IMG/VR virus record: IMGVR_UViG_3300009545_000018
Coordinates: 51,224 to 115,223 of that record
Length of the DNA: 64,000 nucleotides
From: a virus
Direction: 5' to 3' (one strand)
Shown: in pieces, positions 57,431-64,000 of the stretch
How positions within the stretch are numbered: the first letter of the stretch is position 1
Layout: each line of letters begins with the position of its first letter
The notes under the pieces: model-generated
The model's database searches: none
What the model was told of the DNA's origin: nothing
The model's input: the letters and a program-made list of their open reading frames with translations, nothing else
Translations under genes and position numbers: made by a program

Positions 57431-58399
57431 TTGAACTGTTATATATTCTGTATGATTGTCATACAGAAACGATCTTTTTCTTTAGAAGAGTTAAGAGAAA
57501 TATTCAAAAGTTCATTGTCAAAGCAAGATGTTGCCATAAAGTTAGGTTTTACTTATAGTAATGGGAAAGTTTATAAAAAAATTGAGAAACTTTCTATTGA
57601 ATATAATTTATCGACGGATCATTTTGATCCATTTTTAAGTCAAAGATTAAATACAAAATTTCCTAAAATAGAAAAAGAATGTCCTATATGCGGTAATTTA
57701 TTTGAAACTAAACATGGACATCGTGATGAAAAAATTACTTGCTCAATATCATGCTCTAATACTTATTTTGCTCCTAGTAAACACACTGAATTATCAAATT
57801 TAAAAAGATCGTTAAAGCTTTTAAAAAATTCAAAAAATGAAACTGTCAATATAATAAAAGTTCGTAAAAAACGTAAAAAGAATTTTAAATTAAAAGCTGT
57901 TGTTTTATATATTAAGTCTTGTGAATTTTGTGATTATGATTTTGAAACTTATAATAAAAATAAAAGATTTTGCAATATATCATGTCAAATCAAACATAAT
58001 TGGGAAGATCCCAATTATCGTATTAATATTATAAATAAAGCTAATGAAAGAGTTACAAATGGAACCCATAATGGGTGGTCATCAAGATCAAAACTAAAAC
58101 CTTCTTATGCTGAACAATATGTTATCAATCTTTTAGATGAGTTAAAAATAACAAATATTACTCGAGAATACAAAATTAACAAATGGTTTATTGATTTTGC
58201 TGATATAGATAGAAAATTAGCTTTAGAAATAGATGGTAAACAACATGAATTACCAGAACGTAAGGCTTCGGATCAAGTTAAAGATCAATATTTAAAAGAT
58301 AATGGTTGGACCATTTTAAGAATAAAATGGAAAAAGATAACAGCAGAATTTAGAGAAGAATTAATAAAAGTTTTGCAAAATTTCACAAGGATCATATAA
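57431..58399 (+). CDS. homing-endonuclease-like protein: N-terminal zinc-finger/DNA-binding region plus C-terminal DUF559 (Vsr-like PD-(D/E)XK) nuclease domain
   Basis: C-terminal KWFIDFADIDRKLALEIDGKQHE...DQ..D..L...GW.ILRI pattern typical of DUF559; several CxxC pairs upstream; embedded in the tRNA region. Confidence 0.5.
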   Translation: MNCYIFCMIVIQKRSFSLEELREIFKSSLSKQDVAIKLGFTYSNGKVYKKIEKLSIEYNLSTDHFDPFLSQRLNTKFPKIEKECPICGNLFETKHGHRDEKITCSISCSNTYFAPSKHTELSNLKRSLKLLKNSKNETVNIIKVRKKRKKNFKLKAVVLYIKSCEFCDYDFETYNKNKRFCNISCQIKHNWEDPNYRINIINKANERVTNGTHNGWSSRSKLKPSYAEQYVINLLDELKITNITREYKINKWFIDFADIDRKLALEIDGKQHELPERKASDQVKDQYLKDNGWTILRIKWKKITAEFREELIKVLQNFTRII

Positions 58400-58803
58400 T
58401 GAATTTTAAAGATGCTCAAGACAAGTTTGATAATGAAATTAAATCAAAATCAACTATTGTAACACATAATAAAAATGCTGTAAATCAATATAGATGTTTC
58501 GACGCTGGTCTTGTCTTAAGAACGTTAAGACAACTATCTATTTCGAATCATATAGTTGATTTATATAATTTTTTTACATCACATCCATTTAAAATTAATA
58601 ATACTTCAGATTTAGATAATTTAAGAAATAAAATTAAACTTGCAAACCAAGATTTGAGTAAATTTAGGGAGGTGGAGTTTAATTCTTATAAAGTAATAAA
58701 TGAATCTTTGATTTTATCAATTGAAAAAGATATAGAATTTATTATTTCTTCTTTTAAAGAATTAGAAAAAGCTCTACGTGATATACAAGATTCAGAAATT
58801 TAA
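58399..58803 (+). CDS. hypothetical protein
   Basis: ATGA overlap with upstream gene. Confidence 0.45.
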   Translation: MNFKDAQDKFDNEIKSKSTIVTHNKNAVNQYRCFDAGLVLRTLRQLSISNHIVDLYNFFTSHPFKINNTSDLDNLRNKIKLANQDLSKFREVEFNSYKVINESLILSIEKDIEFIISSFKELEKALRDIQDSEI

Positions 58804-58830
58804 TATTACAACATTAAAGGAAAACACAAC

Positions 58831-58992
58831 ATGAACGAAATAACTGATTTAAAACCGTATTTAAAATATAACAATGGCGTGGTTACCGTCTTGAAGGTAT
58901 TAGCCTTCCCATTAAACTGGGTAGCTGATGTATTCGAAAATTGGAGTCGCAAGCGCACACAAAAGAAATGTGAAAAGTGGCTATCTGAATAA
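58831..58992 (+). CDS. small (53 aa) hypothetical protein
   Basis: SD AAAGGAAAACACAACATG; followed by a hairpin terminator; below the track cutoff. Confidence 0.35.
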   Translation: MNEITDLKPYLKYNNGVVTVLKVLAFPLNWVADVFENWSRKRTQKKCEKWLSE

Positions 58993-58997
58993 TTTTA

Positions 58998-59020
58998 TAC
59001 TACTAGAGTAGTATTCTTTT
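58998..59020 (+). terminator. rho-independent terminator (TACTAC-TAGA-GTAGTA then TTCTTTT)
   Basis: Inverted repeat plus T-run right after the small ORF. Confidence 0.5.
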
Positions 59021-59096
59021 ATCTATACTGGTTGAGTTACCCAGCTAAAATATAAACTTCCAGGCACGGTAGCCTGGTTAATCAAAACCGATTTAT

Positions 59097-59174
59097 AGGC
59101 TTCTAGCTTAACTTTTAGAGCAAGGGACATAAAGAGTCCCGTGGATCTTGGTGTAAATCCAAGGGAGCCTGCCA
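59097..59174 (+). tRNA. tRNA-like gene (CCA encoded) with unusual anticodon loop ATAAAGA and T loop TGTAAAT
   Basis: Acceptor AGGCTTC/GGAGCCT, D arm GCTT...GAGC, anticodon stem GGGAC/GTCCC, T stem CTTGG/CCAAG, G-CCA. Confidence 0.45.
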
Positions 59175-59179
59175 TTTAT

Positions 59180-59261
59180 TGCGGGGTAGAGGAGTATGGT
59201 TATCTCACCAGCCTCATAAGCTGTGGTATACGTGGGTTCAAATCCCACCCTTCCGCAACCA
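59180..59261 (+). tRNA. tRNA with CAU anticodon (Met/fMet/Ile2-type), CCA encoded, slightly oversized D loop and variable region
   Basis: Acceptor TGCGGGG/TTCCGCA, anticodon loop CTCATAA, T arm GTGGG-TTCAAAT-CCCAC. Confidence 0.5.
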
Positions 59262-59329
59262 CTGGATGGTGGTTACCAAATCCGCAAAGGGGTATAGAAA
59301 TATACTCGGAGGATTGAATCCACTATTAT

Positions 59330-59464
59330 GCAATTCTGGTATAATGGCATTACTGACTCTAAAAAGAGTATCACTTACAAAGAAACCTGTGAGGCTACCA
59401 GGAAATTATTGTAAGAATAACGCCTTGCCTGGCGTAGATGTTGGTTCGATTCCAACGGATTGCA
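59330..59464 (+). ncRNA. extended tRNA-like element (135 nt): canonical acceptor and T arm flanking a roughly 60-nt internal insertion
   Basis: 5' GCAATTC pairs with 3' GGATTGC directly after T arm GTTGG-TTCGATT-CCAAC; internal hairpins ACTCT-AAAA-AGAGT and ACGCC-TTGCCT-GGCGT. Confidence 0.4.
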
Positions 59465-59469
59465 TTAAG

Positions 59470-59558
59470 TGATGTTTGATAAGTAATCACGCCAGAAACA
59501 TGATTTATCATGTTTGCCCTGATCAGCCTGGTAGTTAGGTGCAAATCCTAAGCATCAC
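59470..59558 (+). ncRNA. tRNA-like element (about 89 nt) with D-loop-like AGCCTGGTAG sequence and TGCAAAT loop
   Basis: 5' GTGATGT pairs with 3' GCATCAC flanking a TTAGG-TGCAAAT-CCTAA arm. Confidence 0.35.
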
Positions 59559-59925
59559 AACAACTGAGTTTATATGCCCGAATCCCTATATTGGTTAAGA
59601 CATATAGACAATAGTCCGGTCTTAGGCTACCATTAAGGAGTAATCCTTTTAGAGACCACTGCTTCGGTGTGGGCAAACCCGGCATTTAGGTGGAAAGCCT
59701 AATAAATTTTGCTTGATTAAATAGTTTCTTGCTACAAGATCAACGGTGTACAACGAATCTTGCTATTTAATTGGGAAGTCTTATAATTGTGGACTTGGTG
59801 AAACAGGTATAAGGCGAATTACGCTCGATATTGGATAAAACTAACATTGGGCGCCATGAATCAAATCCGTATAGGAATACATTCGGAAAAAATAAATCTT
59901 ATACACTACTTGTTGATTCAATTAT

Positions 59926-60002
59926 TGTCGATTAGCTCATCGTTAGAGCGCCCGGCCGTAAGAGTCTGGAGGTACTAGGTTCAATTCCTAGATCGACAAC
60001 CA
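59926..60002 (+). tRNA. tRNA-like gene (77 nt, CCA encoded) with an irregular, enlarged anticodon arm
   Basis: Acceptor TGTCGAT/ATCGACA, D arm GCTC-ATCGTTA-GAGC, T arm CTAGG-TTCAATT-CCTAG; anticodon region CCCGGCCGTAAGAGTCTGG does not give a 5-bp/7-nt arm. Confidence 0.45.
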
Positions 60003-60242
60003 TGTAACAAATGCCAGGGCAGCATTACATTTATTGGAATTAAATCCGATGAGGCTCGACTCCTCTTAAGGTCCGGTGACAGGCAAAACATGTTGCTCAT
60101 TATTTGTTGTTACAAATTTTTGACAGTATATCTAAACTGTATAGTGTGAGTTATGCGCAAGGGATAATTACCTAAGTAGCAACTATAGGTTTGCTAGTTA
60201 ATCCTACACATGAATCAGAGTTAACCTGAAAACTAGCACAAT

Positions 60243-60316
60243 GCGAGTATGGCATAATGGTTGTGTCCCATGTTTCCAACTTGGTTATCTCAGTTCGATT
60301 CTGAGTACTCGCTCCA
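60243..60316 (+). tRNA. tRNA-Gly (anticodon UCC), CCA encoded
   Basis: Acceptor GCGAGTA/TACTCGC, anticodon loop TTTCCAA (stem with one U-U), T arm CTCAG-TTCGATT-CTGAG. Confidence 0.55.
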
Positions 60317-60394
60317 TGCCCACTAACTTAATTACATAAAAGTAAGGTTGTCGGGGCGCCAAATTTACGTTCTGGTCGTCTAAATAATTAGGAC

Positions 60395-60450
60395 ATCTCC
60401 GCGAAAGGGGAAGATATTGGAGAATTACCAATCTGGAGCGCCATAAGTTA
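60395..60450 (+). repeat. copy A of an about 60-75 nt structured repeat (GGACATCTCC...GGAGAATTACCAA...GCGCCA)
   Basis: About 80% identical to copy B at 60553-60608, same order of hairpins TTGG-AGAATTR-CCAA. Confidence 0.5.
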
Positions 60451-60552
60451 GTGGCTGGAAATCATTTAAGCGAGTTCAAATGCAATAACAGTCCGCCTAA
60501 TTGCTCGTATATTAGGTAACTTAATTTTATGCCCCTGTCGTCGTAAAAAGTC

Positions 60553-60608
60553 AGGACATCTCCAGTAATAGGAGAAGATGTTGGAGAATTGCCAACTGGG
60601 GGTGCCAA
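60553..60608 (+). repeat. copy B of the structured repeat
   Basis: Direct comparison with copy A. Confidence 0.5.
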
Positions 60609-61007
60609 AGGCAAGTAAGGACCAGGAAGCCTTATGAGCTGCTGGTTTTTCATATAGGGAACTAGCCTGGTTAGTCCTATATGAGAACCAACCAATGTCT
60701 TTAAATAAAGAAATTTATATAAGGACACCATGATTAATTTGTGCAGCTGACTTATATTGGATTTCGCGATCTGATATATGAGTGCTGGAAAATACGGAAA
60801 GTTGGAAAACTGATGCACACCGTATAAGTTAACTAAATCACTAACTGTTATTATCTACGCGAATAGATAAAAACAAAGTAATTAGTTAATTATAATTAAT
60901 CAAAAACTTTAGCAAATGCAGTAAGGATTACATTGGTTATAGTCAATCGAAAGATTGATGGTGGGTATCGATTCCCACAGTATCTTTACAAAACTTGTTG
61001 CTATTAT

Positions 61008-61144
61008 TCCGAGGTACGTCTAATGGTAAGACACGCGGCTGTGGGAACTATAGGTTAATAATAAGTCCCGTTCGATTCGGGCAGTTCCAAGAATAACCGC
61101 GCGGTGGTAACACTTTGTAGGTTCGAGTCCTACCCTCGGAGCCA
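61008..61144 (+). ncRNA. extended tRNA-like gene (137 nt, CCA encoded): tRNA-His-like (GUG) frame with a roughly 51-nt insertion in the anticodon loop containing its own mini T-arm-like hairpin
   Basis: Acceptor TCCGAGG/CCTCGGA perfect, T arm GTAGG-TTCGAGT-CCTAC, anticodon stem CGCGG/CCGCG enclosing CTGTGGG + GAACTATAGG...CCCGTTCGATTCGGG... Confidence 0.45.
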
Positions 61145-61334
61145 TTATATTAAATAAAAGGAAAGTACTATGCAAGTTCAAATACATCTTTACAATCAAT
61201 CCAATCCTATTGTGTTGGAACATGTAACTAATGCTTATCAAAAAGGTGATTTTTATTGTGTTATGTTTGCTAGTAAACTAGTTCAAAAGTTTCCAATTCA
61301 ACATATATTTAGAATAATAGAAACTCCTTAATGT

Positions 61335-61610
61335 ATGATTTCAAAATTAACAATCAAATCTTATGGAGTGACAGTAACTCTTCCCAGTGAAATTCTAATT
61401 TTAGAAGATTGTATCTGGGCTAAAACTGGTGAACATTTAGCTTTAGGAAAAGACAAAAATATTATGGGTAATGATTGTTTTATTGTCCTTAGAAAAAACG
61501 GAGTTGTTATTTCTGGACCTTCTCCTTTAATTCATTCGGTTGGAGCAAATAGTTTAATTTATCAAGAGTGTTCGGTAGAAAAATATTATAAAATGAAAGC
61601 ATTTTTGTAA
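61335..61610 (+). CDS. small protein, KLKAF-tail family (KMKAFL)
   Basis: ORF track. Confidence 0.55.
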   Translation: MISKLTIKSYGVTVTLPSEILILEDCIWAKTGEHLALGKDKNIMGNDCFIVLRKNGVVISGPSPLIHSVGANSLIYQECSVEKYYKMKAFL

Positions 61611-61879
61611 TGATCAAATATGTTGATGATAACGGTAAAGAAAAAATTTTACCTGAAAAAATAGTTATACTAAAATGTCCTGATAGTTGGCTTATTGAGC
61701 CTGGAGATTATATAGAATTTATTCATACATATTATCTTCATATGAGGATCTCCAGCTTTGAAATCAAAGTTTTAAAAGGATATCATAAGAATAAAATATT
61801 TGATTTACTCTTTAGTCATTTATCTAAGATTGAATATGTAAGCATAGAAAAGTTTGAAAAACTAAAGGCGTTTGTTTAA
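61610..61879 (+). CDS. small protein, KLKAF-tail family (KLKAFV; codons CTA/AAG/GCG)
   Basis: ORF track. Confidence 0.55.
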   Translation: MIKYVDDNGKEKILPEKIVILKCPDSWLIEPGDYIEFIHTYYLHMRISSFEIKVLKGYHKNKIFDLLFSHLSKIEYVSIEKFEKLKAFV

Positions 61880-62107
61880 ATGGAAACCAAGTGGATTTTA
61901 GTAACACAACAAAACTCTGTTTACTATAATAAAATCTTAGAATTAAAAGAAGGTTGGACATCAACCATTTATAATGGGACTATTGTTTGGTTTATTGAGT
62001 CAGTAAATGGTCAAGTTAGACATTATCCGGATTGGTTTGAGTTAAACGATTTGCCAACACATACAGTAGTAACAAAGGATGCCCTTAATTTATTAGCCTT
62101 TTTATAA
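61880..62107 (+). CDS. small protein, KLKAF-tail family variant (NLLAFL)
   Basis: ORF track. Confidence 0.5.
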   Translation: METKWILVTQQNSVYYNKILELKEGWTSTIYNGTIVWFIESVNGQVRHYPDWFELNDLPTHTVVTKDALNLLAFL

Positions 62108-62486
62108 AAAACTTTAGATGAATGCCGCAATGGAATACATATACAACCGATAGCTGAATGTCGCAAGACATTCAATATCTCCGATTTCATAAAAGAGATA
62201 TGAACCAACCTAAAGGAATTCCTATAAGGATAAACTATGTGACTGACAAACTTGAAGCCAGTTAAAGCTCAAGTCCTCTATGGTATTATTAGGATAAGAT
62301 ATACTGTGCTATTGGATAAAATTAATCGCACTTTCTATTGCATTCTTGTCATCTAATTAACTTTTCATTTAAATGAATGCCGATTCGGGAATACATTAAA
62401 CACAAAGATACTGCAGCATGTGCCAGGCTAATCCACATGTACCTTAGGAGTACTCAGGGTAAAGTGTACCGACTTCTCAATCACCT

Positions 62487-62786
62487 TTGTCATTTAACAT
62501 GAATTACTTAAAACACACATTAGATAACGGCACAGTATTAGAAATACCAGAAGAATTTATGGTATTAGATAATTTACCATCAGAAGATCTACATTACAAA
62601 GTAGAATTAATTCTTGATTTTATTAGAGGCTGGGTATTTAAAATAACCCATATAAATGGTTTAGAACTAACTCAATATAAAGAAGATCCAACATGGATTT
62701 GTTATTTTAGTCCAGAAAAGATTTTTAATAAAAAAATTATACCATGTTCACTTGAAAAATTTAACAATATGAAAGCATTTTTATAA
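62487..62786 (+). CDS. small protein, KLKAF-tail family (NMKAFL)
   Basis: ORF track. Confidence 0.55.
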   Translation: MSFNMNYLKHTLDNGTVLEIPEEFMVLDNLPSEDLHYKVELILDFIRGWVFKITHINGLELTQYKEDPTWICYFSPEKIFNKKIIPCSLEKFNNMKAFL

Positions 62787-62980
62787 TGTCAAAAGAAGAA
62801 AAACCATTATCACCTTATGAGATAAGAAGATTAGGTCATTGCAAAGAAACAGAGCAGTGTGTTGATGATCTATATTGTAATTGTCCTTGTTTACCTTGTT
62901 CTAAGCAAGATTGTTTTAGACCAGGATGTAAATGTGGTAGAACTCATCCATATAAAAATTAATGTACTTACATATCCATG
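62786..62980 (+). CDS. small (64 aa) Cys-rich protein (CxxxxxC...CNCPCLPC...CFRPGCKCG)
   Basis: Manual translation from the ATG overlapping the upstream TAA (TAATG); not in the supplied ORF track, so possibly a reading error. Confidence 0.35.
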
Positions 62981-63231
62981 ATAAAGATGTTCCATCTTCT
63001 ATTTTAGTTTTAGAAGACTCAAAAACTCACACCATTGAAAAGAATTCTCATTTTGTTTTTAGAAAAATTAAGTATAATGAATATTGTGTTGATTTTTTTA
63101 ATGGTAAAGATAATCGTTATTCTTATGCAAGATATTCAGAAGATGATTTATATCGTATGTTTTTTGATGGCAAATTAAAATATAAAGAATTTTCTTTAGC
63201 CCAGTTTAATAAAATAAAAGCATTTTTATGA
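62962..63231 (+). CDS. small protein, KLKAF-tail family (KIKAFL)
   Basis: ORF track. Confidence 0.55.
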   Translation: MYLHIHDKDVPSSILVLEDSKTHTIEKNSHFVFRKIKYNEYCVDFFNGKDNRYSYARYSEDDLYRMFFDGKLKYKEFSLAQFNKIKAFL

Positions 63232-63494
63232 AATATTATATTATTGAGGATACAGTAGTTCCAAGTGAGTTCATTATAATTCATGATACAGATTTATGTA
63301 GAATTTATAATATTTATCCAGAGTTTAATAGAAATATTTATACTCATAAGAATTTTTTTGATTATATAAGCTACGATCTTGATTATAATTTTATTTCGAT
63401 TGCTACCATGCCAGGCAGTCAATTACTAAGTTATATTGATAATAATAAGTTATTTCCAATAGAAAAGTTTAATAGTTTAAAGGCTTTCTTATGA
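63228..63494 (+). CDS. small protein, KLKAF-tail family (SLKAFL)
   Basis: ORF track. Confidence 0.55.
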   Translation: MKYYIIEDTVVPSEFIIIHDTDLCRIYNIYPEFNRNIYTHKNFFDYISYDLDYNFISIATMPGSQLLSYIDNNKLFPIEKFNSLKAFL

Positions 63495-63739
63495 AATATA
63501 TTCAAACTGCTAAATATAATTATCCAGAAGAAATATTTGTAACACAAAGTTTCTTTAGACACGAGTGGACTAATAAACACTTGGTATTAAAACAATATAA
63601 TGAATATGTATTAAGTGTATTTTTAATAAATGGGGAAGAGCCCTCACATCCAATGGCTATTACCAATAATTTCATTCATGAGGCTAATTTTTTAGAAATG
63701 TCTTTAGAAAGATATTTAAAGATTAAATCTTTCTTATAA
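63491..63739 (+). CDS. small protein, KLKAF-tail family (KIKSFL)
   Basis: ORF track. Confidence 0.55.
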   Translation: MKYIQTAKYNYPEEIFVTQSFFRHEWTNKHLVLKQYNEYVLSVFLINGEEPSHPMAITNNFIHEANFLEMSLERYLKIKSFL

Positions 63740-63762
63740 TAACTTGATATATAGTAATTCAT

Positions 63763-63836
63763 GCCTTCATCGTTCAATGGTAGGACGCTGGATTGTCACT
63801 TCAGTAACAGCGGATCGTAACCGCTTGGAGGCGCCA
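63763..63836 (+). tRNA. tRNA-Asp (anticodon GUC), CCA encoded, non-canonical T loop ATCGTAA
   Basis: Acceptor GCCTTCA/TGGAGGC, D arm GTTC-AATGGTA-GGAC, anticodon stem CTGGA/TTCAG with loop TTGTCAC, T stem AGCGG/CCGCT. Confidence 0.6.
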
Positions 63837-63843
63837 TTATTAT

Positions 63844-63919
63844 CCGCTATGAGTCTCTTGGTTGAGCTGAAGGTTCTTATAAAGCTTTTGGACAAGTTCA
63901 AATCTTGTATGGCGGACCA
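63844..63919 (+). tRNA. tRNA (76 nt, CCA encoded); anticodon arm not confidently resolved by eye (possibly UAU/AAU region TTCTTATAA)
   Basis: Acceptor CCGCTAT/ATGGCGG, T arm ACAAG-TTCAAAT-CTTGT, A-CCA. Confidence 0.45.
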
Positions 63920-63975
63920 TGAGGAATATTCCTCACTTTGCACATGGTATCCATGTGATAATTTAGGAGCACTCA
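63920..63975 (+). terminator. two consecutive hairpins (TGAGGAATATTCCTCA; CACATGG-TAT-CCATGTG) after the tRNA pair
   Basis: Perfect palindromes directly downstream of the tRNA. Confidence 0.4.
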
Positions 63976-64000
63976 TGTTAGATAATAGAGATGGTTATAT

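Noticed and set aside
59179-59472. 97-aa + strand ORF from the six-frame track
   Set aside because: It runs straight through the tRNA(CAU) gene and neighbouring tRNA-like elements, has no SD, and sits in the non-coding tRNA island.
60462-60818. 118-aa minus-strand ORF
   Set aside because: Minus strand in an all-plus region; it spans the two structured repeats in the tRNA island and has no start context.
61020-61241. 73-aa minus-strand ORF
   Set aside because: Overlaps the extended tRNA-like gene at 61008-61144 on the opposite strand.
1-64000. Hypothesis that the recurrent KLKAF-encoding sequence is a DNA/RNA-level signal (promoter, RBS or reinitiation element) rather than a peptide motif
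   Set aside because: The motif is written with different synonymous codons in different genes (TTA/TTG/CTG/CTA; GCA/GCC/GCG/GCT; TTT/TTC). It also occurs at the end of genes that are not followed by an overlapping start, so conservation is at the amino-acid level.
1-64000. Possibility that the window comes from a eukaryotic giant virus (AT-rich, aaRS, many paralogs, PARG, short tRNA inserts)
   Set aside because: Genes carry bacterial lipoprotein lipoboxes and SD-like spacers, stop/start overlaps typical of phage translational coupling, sigma70-like -35/-10 hexamers, and a peptidoglycan lytic transglycosylase. A bacteriophage is far more likely.
1-64000. CRISPR arrays or integrase/transposase-type mobile elements
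   Set aside because: No regularly spaced direct repeats and no recombinase-like ORFs were seen. Mobile-DNA signals are limited to homing-endonuclease genes.

Overview
This is an AT-rich, densely packed stretch of what looks like a large bacteriophage genome. Nearly all genes are on the + strand, many stop/start codons overlap (ATGA, TAATG), purine-rich Shine-Dalgarno-like spacers precede starts, bacterial lipoprotein lipoboxes occur (LTGCS, LGCSS), and sigma70-like TTGACA/TATAAT elements are present. It is a jumbo-phage-like accessory region rather than a bacterial chromosome or a eukaryotic virus.

Recognisable genes fall into several groups:
- Translation and tRNA: lysyl-tRNA synthetase, a TrmH/SpoU-like RNA methyltransferase, and at least 17 tRNA or tRNA-like genes (Gln-like UUG, Leu-UAA, Arg-UCU, Leu-UAG, Tyr-GUA, Pro-UGG, Met-like CAU, Gly-UCC, Asp-GUC and others). 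A 2.3 kb non-coding island at 58990-61330 holds most of these.
- CoA biosynthesis: PanD, CoaD and CoaE.
- NAD+/ADP-ribose metabolism: an NMNAT-domain protein, a nicotinamidase/isochorismatase-like protein, a bacterial-type PARG, one Nudix protein and one deoxyribosyltransferase-Nudix fusion.
- Ro60/TROVE-vWA (Rsr-like) protein and a second vWA protein.
- DNA enzymes: two orphan N6-adenine methyltransferases, a flap 5'-3' exonuclease, and GIY-YIG, HNH and DUF559-type homing-endonuclease-like genes.
- A LemA-SPFH-TPM membrane cluster.
- A protein-kinase-like gene and a CX5R phosphatase.
- A lytic transglycosylase and a CHAP-like peptidase.

The most striking feature is a family of about 45 small (about 75-130 aa) otherwise divergent proteins that all end in a conserved tail, K-[LM]-K-[AS]-F-[ILVT]-stop. 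The tail is kept at the amino-acid level despite synonymous codon variation. The proteins are mostly arranged in tandem overlapping arrays. Some are fused to an N-terminal CPxC zinc-ribbon-like motif and some to MORN-like repeats.

A second notable feature is the tRNA island. Several tRNA-like genes there have canonical acceptor and T arms but carry 50-60 nt insertions or irregular anticodon arms. The island also holds duplicated structured repeats and lies about 9 kb from the Ro60 gene, so Y-RNA-like (YrlA-type) RNAs are a possibility.
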